The position numbers were made by a program, and so were the translations under genes. Shown piece after piece: positions 8,961 to 17,652 of a stretch of 64,000 nucleotides of DNA. The notes beneath the pieces were generated by a model. The model saw only the letters and a list, made by a program, of their open reading frames with translations. It ran no database searches and had not been told where the DNA came from. The stretch spans positions 153 through 64,152 of the forward strand of contig JACQII010000001.1 in the NCBI GenBank assembly GCA_016198585.1. The letters run 5' to 3'. The DNA comes from Candidatus Aenigmatarchaeota archaeon. Its GTDB lineage: Archaea; Aenigmatarchaeota; Aenigmatarchaeia; QMZP01. Positions within the stretch are counted from its first letter, which is position 1. Every line of letters begins with the position of its first letter.

Positions 8961-9998
8961 ATGACCATCAGCCTCTGCATGATCCTGCGGAAGGAGGACC
9001 TCCCGTTCCTGAACACCTGCCTCATGAACACCGCTCCAGGGGTTGATGAGATCATCATCGTGATCGACAAGCCGGACCAGGACATAGCCGCCGTGGCCGA
9101 CCAGTACAAAGCCAGGCTCATTACGCAGCCGTTTCCTGAGAGTTTCGCCGAGCAGCGCAACCGGTCGATCGCCGAGGCACAGATGGACTGGATTCTCGTC
9201 CTGGACGCGGACGAGATCCTTGCCGCAGGCGACCTTGACCGGCTCAAGGCAGCGGCAAAGGGGGCGGTTGTCGCCTGTTCCCTCGTGCAGCTGACCTATA
9301 CGAACGACACGGCCCAGGAACGGTTCGTTCCTGCAAAGAACGAGCTCACCCAGCAGTTCGGCTTCGCGGGCTACTTCCCGGTAGAGATGATCCGCTTCTT
9401 CCGCAACCACCAAGGGATCTCCTTCACGCGGCGCGTCCATGAAATGGTGGACGAGATCATCGAGCAGAAAGGCCTCGCACAACAGGTGGTGAGAACCGAC
9501 ATCCCTATCCACCACCTCAAGATGCTGCGCCCTTCGCTCCGTGAGGACGAACTCCGCTACCTGCAACTGCTCCAGCTCGAGGTCAAGGAGCATCCCGACT
9601 CGGCAAAGGCATGGTTCGACATCGGCACGATCCAGTTCTTCACCCTCCGCAACCCTTTCGCAGCCGCCGCGAGCCTCGAGCGGGCTCTCACCCTGCGCCC
9701 TTCGTTCACCGAGGCGGGCATGAACCTCGCCTTTGTCTATGGCCATCTCAAGCGGTATAAGGAAGCCCTTGCCGTCTATCGGCGTCTCCCCGCTGATGCT
9801 GCAGTACTCAGCGGGATGGGAACCTGCCTCTTCCACCTCGGCCGCCATGCGAAAGCCATATCCTGTTATCGGCAGGCTGCCGCATTGCAGCCGGAGAAGA
9901 AGGAGGAGATCGAGAAGAAAATCGCCCTCATCCGTGCCGCGCGCCCTGTTCCCGGAAAGGGCCGGAAGCGGGGGAGCCGCGCGCAAAGCCAGGAGTGA
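8961..9998 (+). CDS. GT2 glycosyltransferase with C-terminal TPR repeats
   Basis: ISLCMI, DWILVLDADE, VHE motifs, followed by TPR-like helices. Confidence 0.88.
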   Translation: MTISLCMILRKEDLPFLNTCLMNTAPGVDEIIIVIDKPDQDIAAVADQYKARLITQPFPESFAEQRNRSIAEAQMDWILVLDADEILAAGDLDRLKAAAKGAVVACSLVQLTYTNDTAQERFVPAKNELTQQFGFAGYFPVEMIRFFRNHQGISFTRRVHEMVDEIIEQKGLAQQVVRTDIPIHHLKMLRPSLREDELRYLQLLQLEVKEHPDSAKAWFDIGTIQFFTLRNPFAAAASLERALTLRPSFTEAGMNLAFVYGHLKRYKEALAVYRRLPADAAVLSGMGTCLFHLGRHAKAISCYRQAAALQPEKKEEIEKKIALIRAARPVPGKGRKRGSRAQSQE

Positions 9999-10001
9999 CC
10001 G

Positions 10002-10454
10002 CTACGATTTCAGCAGTTTCTTGAGCTCTTTCTGGAATGACCGGACGTCGGCGAACTCCCGGTAGACAGACGCGAACCGGATATAAGCGACTTTGTCGAG
10101 CCTCTTCAGCCGGCGCATGACGAGGTTGCCGATCATGGTGCTCTTGACCTCGGAGGATCCCAGCTTGCGGATGTCGTTCTCGATGAGGTCGACCACCTGC
10201 TCGATCTGGTCGAGGGTCACCGGCCGCTTTTCGCACGCCTTGAGCACCCCGGTTCGGATCTTGCTGCGGTCGAACATCTCGCGCTTGCCGTCTTTCTTGA
10301 TGACGACCAGATCAGCCGCTTCGACGCGTTCGTAGGTAGTGAAGCGTTTCTTGCAGGAGAGGCACTCGCGCCGCCGGCGCGTGGCCTTCTCGTCGGGGGA
10401 CTCACGCTTGTCGAGGACCTTGCTCTCCAGCGAACCGCAGAATGGGCACTTCAT
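10002..10454 (-). CDS. nrdR: Transcriptional repressor NrdR
   Basis: MKCPFC...RRRRECLSC...RFTTYE zinc ribbon, ATP cone, VAYIRFASVY. Confidence 0.96.
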   Translation of the reverse strand: MKCPFCGSLESKVLDKRESPDEKATRRRRECLSCKKRFTTYERVEAADLVVIKKDGKREMFDRSKIRTGVLKACEKRPVTLDQIEQVVDLIENDIRKLGSSEVKSTMIGNLVMRRLKRLDKVAYIRFASVYREFADVRSFQKELKKLLKS

Positions 10455-10456
10455 CC

Positions 10457-10882
10457 CTATTCCCCTCCGTTCAGGATAACTCCCCTGGAAATCAGCTCTT
10501 TCACGTAGATATCCAACGCATCCAGTTGCTTCATTTGCCCAGCCGTGAACCACTGGCATTCTTCGCTCTCCTCATTGACCTGTGGCGTTCCGGTGATCTC
10601 TCCGACATAGGTCAGGCGGACCACATGCCTCCCAGGAACGCGAAGGATATCCTGGGCTGCCACGAGCGTAGGATCTTTGTTCAGGGTGAGGTTGACCTCT
10701 TCCTTGATTTCCCGGCGCAAATTCTCGAGGAGCGGACTCCCTGGATTGATCCGGCCACCAACGATATCCCATTTCGCCCCCACTTCGGGATAGGCTTTCG
10801 GGGAACGCCGCACCAGGAGGTATTTTCCTTCTGGATTCCTCAGGAGAGCTTTCACCCCGACCTGGAGTTGCAGCTCGGTCAT
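10457..10882 (-). CDS. NUDIX hydrolase
   Basis: Nudix box GGRINPG...REIKEEVN; ATGA overlap with pduO. Confidence 0.85.
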   Translation of the reverse strand: MTELQLQVGVKALLRNPEGKYLLVRRSPKAYPEVGAKWDIVGGRINPGSPLLENLRREIKEEVNLTLNKDPTLVAAQDILRVPGRHVVRLTYVGEITGTPQVNEESEECQWFTAGQMKQLDALDIYVKELISRGVILNGGE

Positions 10883-11445
10883 TTCCACACCTCTTCCTTC
10901 CCGCCTTCGCGCTTGTTGACCACGCGGGCCAGGTAAAAAAGGAAATCGGAGAGCCGGTTGAAATACTTCAGCACTTCCAGGTTGACATGCTCGTCCTTGG
11001 CCGCGACGATCCGGCGCTCGACCCGCCGGGCCACGGCCCGCGCGACATGAAGGGTTGCGGCTCCGCGCGTGCCTGAAGGTAGGATGAAGTTCTTGAGGGG
11101 CGGGAGCTCCTTCTCGAACTTCTGGATCAGCCGTTCCATCCCCCGGACTTCCTTCTCGGTGAGGGCGATGATCCGGGAAGGCAGGGTGGACGCCTGCGGG
11201 TCGAGAGGCTGCAGCTTCTTCGAAGGGTTGGCAAGGTCCGCGCCGATGGTGAGGAGGTCCATCTGGATTCCCCGGATGATGTCCCGGGCCTCCCGGTCGG
11301 CGATCTCTGCGGCCGCGAGGCCGAGCAGTGAGTTCAGTTCGTCCACTTCCCCGAACGCTTCCACCAGCGGGGAGGCCTTGCTTACGGACTTCCCGCTGAA
11401 GATGTAGGTGTTGCCGGAGTCGAAATGGTGGGTGTAATCCTTCAT
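10879..11445 (-). CDS. pduO: ATP:cob(I)alamin adenosyltransferase, PduO type
   Basis: GEVDELNS, FILPSG, RAVARRVER and NRLSDFLF motifs. Confidence 0.92.
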   Translation of the reverse strand: MKDYTHHFDSGNTYIFSGKSVSKASPLVEAFGEVDELNSLLGLAAAEIADREARDIIRGIQMDLLTIGADLANPSKKLQPLDPQASTLPSRIIALTEKEVRGMERLIQKFEKELPPLKNFILPSGTRGAATLHVARAVARRVERRIVAAKDEHVNLEVLKYFNRLSDFLFYLARVVNKREGGKEEVWK

Positions 11446-11476
11446 AGGCCTCTGTTGGCGACGTTCCTTAAAAGCG

Positions 11477-12085
11477 CTACACGTTGATCGGCTTCCCGTC
11501 CAGTCCTTGCAGCGGAGCCTCGGGCCATACGCGACGGACGAATCCGCGCGCGAAGTCCAAGTAGTCAGGAAAACCGTCGTGGATAGGAATGATCATGTGA
11601 GGTCGCATCTGCCGAGCCCAGTCCAGCACCTCCTTCATGCTCGCCCATGGTGCGACGATGGGTAAGGCCAGTATCTCAGAGTGGATATCCTCACCCGGCC
11701 AGAGCGAGTCGCCAGGGTGGAAGAGCTTCCCGATGACGAAGCCGGTGTTCTGGGGAGTGGGGAGAGGATCAGGAAGCGTTCCATGTCTGCATTCGATCAT
11801 CCTCACTCCTGTGGTGCGGGACATCCAGGGAATCCTGTTCGCGTCCAAGACCGTGCCCACCCCGGCATTGCACACGACCTTCGGGCTGTTGTTCTTGACG
11901 ATGACCTTGAGCGCCTCCGGGAAGGTATGGTCTGCGTGTTCATGCGTGAGCAGCACGATGTCGATATCGCGGAACTGCTCAGGCCTGACGCTGCCATCCA
12001 TAAAGACGAAGTTCCCGGGGTCGATGAGGATGCGCTTCTTATCCTCGACGAGCAGGCAGGAGTGACCGATCTTGGTGATCTGCAT
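11477..12085 (-). CDS. Metallo-beta-lactamase fold hydrolase
   Basis: GHSC, THEHADH, HPGDS, PIHD motifs. Confidence 0.88.
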   Translation of the reverse strand: MQITKIGHSCLLVEDKKRILIDPGNFVFMDGSVRPEQFRDIDIVLLTHEHADHTFPEALKVIVKNNSPKVVCNAGVGTVLDANRIPWMSRTTGVRMIECRHGTLPDPLPTPQNTGFVIGKLFHPGDSLWPGEDIHSEILALPIVAPWASMKEVLDWARQMRPHMIIPIHDGFPDYLDFARGFVRRVWPEAPLQGLDGKPINV

Positions 12086-12097
12086 AGGACGCTCGGA

Positions 12098-14389
12098 TCA
12101 GCTGGGTGCTGCTCCGCCCTCGGGGATGAATTCGCAGACGCCGCCGACGCACGCCGCTTCCTTCGCGCCTATCGTCGCGTCTTCCTTCTCGTAGATCACG
12201 ATGTTGGCGAAATCGATCGGCGGCGACTTCGCGGCAAGCTCCGCGTACTGCGCCTCGGTGATTTCCTCGTAAGGAGCGAGCTGGTACACATGGGACGACC
12301 TGGGCAGGAAGGCGAGGCCGCCGATGATGTTCCAGTTCTTGTAGAGCCAGTTGGCAGTCCCGAGCCATTCGTCGTCACTGACGGAGATCGTAACCGATGG
12401 GTTGTGCTCACAGTAGTTCTCCTTGACCATCTTCCAGTGTTCCAGCTGGTCGCGCGCGGTCAAGTCATCCCGGAACACCGCGTTCTCGGGGGCCTTTACC
12501 GGGAACTCCAGCACGTAGGTAGAGGCAGTGCCGTCGGCCTGGCCAACCTCGGGATGGAAGGGGAACTTCTGCTCCTTCAGCATGAGGAAAAGCGGGTCGT
12601 GCGCCGCGATCCGGATCCGGCGGATGTAGTATTTCGCGTGGCGGGCATGCATGCCAGACGCCGCATCGACCAGTTGCGAGACCGTCCCGGAAGGCTTGAC
12701 GCAAGTGATGCAGGTCGAGGCGTTGATGCCGAAGCGGGCGGCGTACGTCTTGTTCACCTCGTACGCGTGCTCCCGCAGCTTGCGGAGGGTCTCCGGGTTC
12801 CGGACAGCCGGGCAGTCCCATTGGCCGGTGAGCGAGACCCCAAGGAGCCGCTCCTCGTCGCAGTTCCTCTTCCAGTCAGGGGAAAGATAGGGGAAGGCCG
12901 TCAGCGTCGACTGGTAGGTCCCCAGGATCGTGGCGATGCGCATCTTCTCGAGCAGCGTCTCCTCCGTGTCATCATCGCGGCAAACCACCTCGGTGAGATT
13001 GCAGAACTGCTTGCTTCTCAGGATGATCTCACCACATGGGTTCGTGCCGGTCATCTCCGCATGGTCGCCAAGCCGCTCCCACCGACGGAGCGGGAGCTGG
13101 TGGCGGAGGCCGTCACGGTTGAAGATCCCGCGCTCACCTGTCCCACTCTTCGCCAAGGAGAGCCACTCTTCGAGGAACTGCGTCGCGCTGGGTTTCTGCA
13201 GGTAGACCGCCGAGTTGTTGGCCATCGCGCGCTGAGGTTCTGCCAGGTAGAACTGGCCGGTTTTCGCGTTGCGCATCTGCTCGTCGTCGAGGTCGGAGAG
13301 GGAGATGAGCGCCGTGCGGCGCACCCCGCCCATAACGACGACTTCGCCGATCTTGCAGACGATGTCATGGACGTCGATGTTGCTCAGGCGCCTACCCTGC
13401 GAGGCGAGGATCTTCTGGCGGGCAAACTGTAGGAGGTTCCGGAGCGGCTCCGGCCCCGAGCTGCGGCCTCCCATGGTCCGGAGGCGCGAGCCGGCCGGGC
13501 GCACGTGGGAATAATCGAATTCGATGTCCTTCCCGCTGAACCAGGTCATCAGGCCGAGAGTGAGGGCGTCGCACCACCCTTCCTTGCTGTCCAGGATGAC
13601 GTGCGCAGGCAGGTATTCGCCGGTCTGGCGCCTGATCAGGGGGAGTTGCTGGACCGCTTGGCTCTCCACGGAGAAGCCGACGCCGCAGCCGCACATCGAG
13701 AGGTACATGATCTCGGCGAAATCCGTGAGCTTCGTGGGCGCGATGTACGAGCAATTGTAAGCGCAGACGTTGGAGGTCCGTGCAGCCTCGCCCGCGCTCC
13801 AGAGCAGCCGCATCGACGGCATCGCGCGCTGGCTGAGGATGAACTCGCGAATTTCCTGGTACTCGCCTGCTGTGAGCTTCTCGCCAAGATTTTCCCGCAT
13901 GAATCCCATGTATCGGTCGACACTCTCGATCCAGGTCTCGCGCCGGCCTTCCTCCTCGATCCAGCGGGAATACGTCCGGTAGTAGACAAATTCAGCGAGC
14001 GGGTTGCGGAAGTATTGCCTGGATTCGCGCACCAATTGCCGGACCCGATCGGGGACGTGGCGGGTTTTTTCCCGGATCTTGGCACGCTCGTTCCGGTAGA
14101 GGATGTATGCCTTGGCGGTCCTCGCATAGCCCGCCTCGATGAGGACCTTCTCCACGATGTCCTGGATGCCTTCCACGGTCGGGATGGTGTTCTTCGGAGT
14201 CTGCTGCTCGAGGACCATGATGACGTCGTCGGCCAGCTTCTCGGCGATCAATCGGTCGCTGCCGCCGACGGATTGGGCGGCCTTGAAGATGGCGTTCACG
14301 ACCTTCTCGCGGTCGAACGAGGCAATGGAATCGTCCCGTTTCTTGATTTTTGTGATCCGCGGCATCACCAAGGTCGTGGGGGTGTCCAT
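12098..14389 (-). CDS. nrdJ: Class II (B12-dependent) ribonucleotide reductase with N-terminal ATP cone
   Basis: ATP cone (IKKRD...), TNPCGEI, VKPSGT, C-terminal CxxxxC; pduO and nrdR nearby. Confidence 0.93.
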   Translation of the reverse strand: MDTPTTLVMPRITKIKKRDDSIASFDREKVVNAIFKAAQSVGGSDRLIAEKLADDVIMVLEQQTPKNTIPTVEGIQDIVEKVLIEAGYARTAKAYILYRNERAKIREKTRHVPDRVRQLVRESRQYFRNPLAEFVYYRTYSRWIEEEGRRETWIESVDRYMGFMRENLGEKLTAGEYQEIREFILSQRAMPSMRLLWSAGEAARTSNVCAYNCSYIAPTKLTDFAEIMYLSMCGCGVGFSVESQAVQQLPLIRRQTGEYLPAHVILDSKEGWCDALTLGLMTWFSGKDIEFDYSHVRPAGSRLRTMGGRSSGPEPLRNLLQFARQKILASQGRRLSNIDVHDIVCKIGEVVVMGGVRRTALISLSDLDDEQMRNAKTGQFYLAEPQRAMANNSAVYLQKPSATQFLEEWLSLAKSGTGERGIFNRDGLRHQLPLRRWERLGDHAEMTGTNPCGEIILRSKQFCNLTEVVCRDDDTEETLLEKMRIATILGTYQSTLTAFPYLSPDWKRNCDEERLLGVSLTGQWDCPAVRNPETLRKLREHAYEVNKTYAARFGINASTCITCVKPSGTVSQLVDAASGMHARHAKYYIRRIRIAAHDPLFLMLKEQKFPFHPEVGQADGTASTYVLEFPVKAPENAVFRDDLTARDQLEHWKMVKENYCEHNPSVTISVSDDEWLGTANWLYKNWNIIGGLAFLPRSSHVYQLAPYEEITEAQYAELAAKSPPIDFANIVIYEKEDATIGAKEAACVGGVCEFIPEGGAAPS

Positions 14390-14408
14390 AGTATCGAAGC
14401 GGCACGGA

Positions 14409-14456
14409 GCACTATATTTTGTGTTGCCCAAGATCATGGGACACAATCTATTGTGG
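14409..14456 (-). promoter_or_regulatory. Two tandem NrdR boxes upstream of nrdJ
   Basis: gcactatattttgtgt (14409-14424) and acacaatctattgtgg (14441-14456) match acaCwAtATaTwGtgt and are 32 bp apart. Confidence 0.85.
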
Positions 14457-14584
14457 TCCGCACCCTCCTATTGGGAGGCCACCCTTATAAAGATGTATGA
14501 TCGGCGGGCATATACTTTGCAACCTCGCGGTCAGGATACAAGTTTCTTTGCACTGTTATGGGACGAGAGAGGCGGCGAAAGCGG

Positions 14585-15529
14585 TCACGTGGCATATCCG
14601 GAGAGGGTCGCGATTCGTTTTACCATGTTTGGGTGGGTACTGAACAGTTCAAGGAGTCGGTCACTTCCGGTCAGGCGGAGTCGCCGGTCGCGGAGCGCAG
14701 AGAGCTCAGCGGGGTCAATCGTGCCGCTGAGATCAGCGTCCAGTGATCGCAACTCGCTGAACTCCCGCGCAGCCCGGGACGGATTGCTCGCGAAGAATGC
14801 CTTCACCCCTTCGGCGTGCTTGAGTTCTGCTTTGGGGAGTCGGGCACTGCCATAGGTGAGCTTGTAGAGGGCCGAGGCCAGGTGGTGGGGTTTCTCGCCC
14901 AGCCGCACGCTGCCGCGGTCTGCATAATACTCCCGGATCCGGGAAGCGTAGAGAACGAGCAGATTGGTCAGGAAGTAGATGCCGAAGGCGGCCATGCCGA
15001 CTGCGGCCGATCCGCTTCGGTTGTCCCGCGAGAACAGCGAGCCGTAGGCGATGTACCAGGCGATGGTGGGAATGACGCTGATGGTGGTGATGATCGCGAC
15101 ATCCCGGTGCCTGATGTGCGAAAGCTCATGCCCGAGGACCGCCCGGAGTTCATCGGGACTGAGGAGGTCGCGGATGCCCTTGGTGACGCAGACGCGGCCG
15201 TCTGACTGCCAGCGGCCGAAGGCGAAGGCGTTGGGGATAGGCGACGGGGAGATGCCCACGCGCGGGAGTGGGAGTTTCGCCCGCTTCGCGAGGTCGGTCA
15301 CCATCCGGTAGAGATCGGGCTCTTCCTTGGCGGAGACATACCGGACGTGCATGGTCCATTCCACGATTTTCGGGCCGATCAGGAACTGGACGGCCATGAG
15401 GCCGATCGCGAGCAGGCCATACACCAGGAAGCTGCCCACGCCGAGCAGCGAGCCGACGATCACGATGAGTGCATAGAGGACGGCGAACAGTGCCGCGACG
15501 AGGAGGGACATGCGTGCGAGGAGTAACAT
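14585..15529 (-). CDS. htpX: HtpX / M48 zinc metalloprotease
   Basis: PNAFAFG, GHELSH, REYYAD, STHP motifs with TM helices. Confidence 0.93.
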   Translation of the reverse strand: MLLLARMSLLVAALFAVLYALIVIVGSLLGVGSFLVYGLLAIGLMAVQFLIGPKIVEWTMHVRYVSAKEEPDLYRMVTDLAKRAKLPLPRVGISPSPIPNAFAFGRWQSDGRVCVTKGIRDLLSPDELRAVLGHELSHIRHRDVAIITTISVIPTIAWYIAYGSLFSRDNRSGSAAVGMAAFGIYFLTNLLVLYASRIREYYADRGSVRLGEKPHHLASALYKLTYGSARLPKAELKHAEGVKAFFASNPSRAAREFSELRSLDADLSGTIDPAELSALRDRRLRLTGSDRLLELFSTHPNMVKRIATLSGYAT

Positions 15530-15595
15530 ACGATCACACCTTCTCTTCGGCGACGGCCTTAAATGCCTTCGTCCCAGTCGTCGGGGCAGCGCTGG

Positions 15596-16390
15596 CTACT
15601 GCCCAGGGGAAGGTGGCTGCCACTGGTAGCCAACTGGCGTCGCACGCGCCTTCTTCCGGTGGCGCCTGAACAGGAGAACCCCAGCGATCACGGCGACGCC
15701 AACGGCCATGGCCGCTGGAGCAGGGGAATCAGCCAAGATACGCGCGGTGATCTCCGGTCCCTGAGGCAGGAGCGGCAGCCGATCCTCGATCTCCGCGGAG
15801 ACGCAGATTCCGCTCTCGCACCCGTCCGGACAGGACTCTGCGACTTGCCACTGCCCGCCGACGCAGGCAATGACCACGGTTCCGTTGCACTGCCGGGAAC
15901 CGGCCGTGCAGGCAGTTTCAGGAGAAGGAGCAGCAGCGGCGACTGAGGTGTTGACGGTTCCCGTCCCTCCGGCTGGTCCGCTGCCTCCGCCGCCGGCCGC
16001 GGCGACCGTGGCCACGGGCGAGGAGTCGGGCGATGTCGTGACGCCCCCCGCGATGTCGCCGTCACTGTCGATCGCCTTCCAGAACCCGGTGATCGCCCCC
16101 GGAGTTGGCGCGTTCACCGTGTAGGTGATCGTGCCGCTGCTGATGCCCGCCTTCCCGATCAGGATCCACTTGACATCAGTGCTGTTTTCCTTGTCCGCTG
16201 CTGGGTTGGCGGTGAGCAGTGCCCAGCCTGCAGGCAGCGCCTCGGAAATGATCAGGCCTTCCAGAGTCTCTGAGACCGTGTACGAAAGAGTCACTGAAGA
16301 TCCGGAGACGGCGCGGGTGACCGTGACCTGGGCTGCGGCCGAAGGAAGCAGCAGGAAGGCGATGGCCACTACGAGGAGGTGCTTGCCCAT
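15596..16390 (-). CDS. Exported, membrane-anchored surface protein (Ig-like domain, Cys-rich module, C-terminal TM)
   Basis: Signal peptide, beta-rich domain, Gly/Ala linker, 6-Cys module, TM helix plus RRHRKK. Confidence 0.7.
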   Translation of the reverse strand: MGKHLLVVAIAFLLLPSAAAQVTVTRAVSGSSVTLSYTVSETLEGLIISEALPAGWALLTANPAADKENSTDVKWILIGKAGISSGTITYTVNAPTPGAITGFWKAIDSDGDIAGGVTTSPDSSPVATVAAAGGGGSGPAGGTGTVNTSVAAAAPSPETACTAGSRQCNGTVVIACVGGQWQVAESCPDGCESGICVSAEIEDRLPLLPQGPEITARILADSPAPAAMAVGVAVIAGVLLFRRHRKKARATPVGYQWQPPSPGQ

Positions 16391-17604
16391 TGGTGCACCA
16401 CCTGGAGGATCTTGTCGTCGTCGAGGATGTCGGTCGCCCACCGGAAAACCGCGGTCAGCATTTGGCTGTCGCCGACCTGCAGCGGTGTCAGGCCATCGTT
16501 GCCCGCGAAGTTGAAGGTGCCGAGCGCGATGTCCGCGGTCGCGTTCTCGGGGAGGTACGCATCCTTCGAGGCGCTGATGGGTTGCAGTCCAGTGGTTCCC
16601 ACTTGGAGACTGTACGTGCCATTTCCATCTGTGGTTGCCGAGGACCCGGCCAGTTCCACTGTCGCGCCTCCGAGAGGCGCTCCAAAGACGTCCTCGACCA
16701 CGCCCGAGAATCCCAGGCCGACCGTAAAAGTCGACGTGCCCGACTGCCCCGTGGAGAGGAGGCCGCTGCCATCAATCGCCTCCCAGCTGCCTGCGATCGC
16801 ATACGTTCCCGGCGTTGCGGGCGCGGCGAAGGCATAGCTGATGGATCCGTCAGGCAACACGGTCTTGCTCTTCAGCAGCCACTTCACCGTCGTCCCGTTC
16901 ACGTCGGCAGACGGCGTCGTGTAGAGCAACGGAGTAGGCGGCTGCTCCTTCAGGATGAGGCCGAGATGCGGCTCCGTAAAGGCATAGGCGAGCGTCACCG
17001 TGACTAGAGCGCCTGGCGCATAGAACACGAGCAGCGATCGGCTTACCTGTGTTGGCGGGGACTCGCTGACGCTGCTGTCCTGCGGCTCGGGAACGCTCCG
17101 GTCCAGGAAGTCGGCGTTGTTGTTGTTGGTGTCCTGGCCATTGCCCGCCAGCGGGCTCAGGAAGCCAGGCCGCCGCTCGAGGCTGTGGCCTTCCGCCACG
17201 TCCGGCGCGGGTTGGCCTTCGAAGAGGGGAAAGGTCAGGGAACCGTAACCGATGAGGTCGGCGACCGTCCCACCGCTCTCAACCAGGCGGACAGCATCGG
17301 GTGCGTTCTGCAAGATGATGCTCTTCTTGACGTCGCCGTCCGCCGCGATCAGGAAGAAGCCGTAGGGCTGCACGATCCCGATGAGGGTGGTCTGGAGAGA
17401 CCAGGAACCGTCCGCCCCGTTGCCCGATTCCAGTCGCCACCCTGCTAGATCGACCGGTTGCCCGGTCGGGTTGTACAGCTCGACGAACTCCTTTCCGGTA
17501 TCATCGCCGACGGCGTCGTAGAAGACCTCGCTGATGACCATGGCGGAGGCGGGAGGCAGGAGGAAGAGGGAGGCGACGATGATCCCCACCAGGGCGAGCC
17601 GCAT
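16369..17604 (-). CDS. Secreted lamin-tail-domain protein with carboxypeptidase-regulatory-like domain
   Basis: Signal peptide; VISEVFYD...EFVELYNP and SLERR...DTNNNNADF (LTD); GATVEL...TTDGNGTYSL. Confidence 0.8.
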   Translation of the reverse strand: MRLALVGIIVASLFLLPPASAMVISEVFYDAVGDDTGKEFVELYNPTGQPVDLAGWRLESGNGADGSWSLQTTLIGIVQPYGFFLIAADGDVKKSIILQNAPDAVRLVESGGTVADLIGYGSLTFPLFEGQPAPDVAEGHSLERRPGFLSPLAGNGQDTNNNNADFLDRSVPEPQDSSVSESPPTQVSRSLLVFYAPGALVTVTLAYAFTEPHLGLILKEQPPTPLLYTTPSADVNGTTVKWLLKSKTVLPDGSISYAFAAPATPGTYAIAGSWEAIDGSGLLSTGQSGTSTFTVGLGFSGVVEDVFGAPLGGATVELAGSSATTDGNGTYSLQVGTTGLQPISASKDAYLPENATADIALGTFNFAGNDGLTPLQVGDSQMLTAVFRWATDILDDDKILQVVHQWASTSS

Positions 17605-17652
17605 AGCGTCTTCTTGACGGGAGGCCTAATAAAGCCTGCGCCCGCAGGCGGC

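Noticed and set aside
14457-14584. Cobalamin riboswitch upstream of nrdJ
   Set aside because: No B12-box or core consensus visible. Only a short hairpin is present, and the NrdR boxes explain the region.
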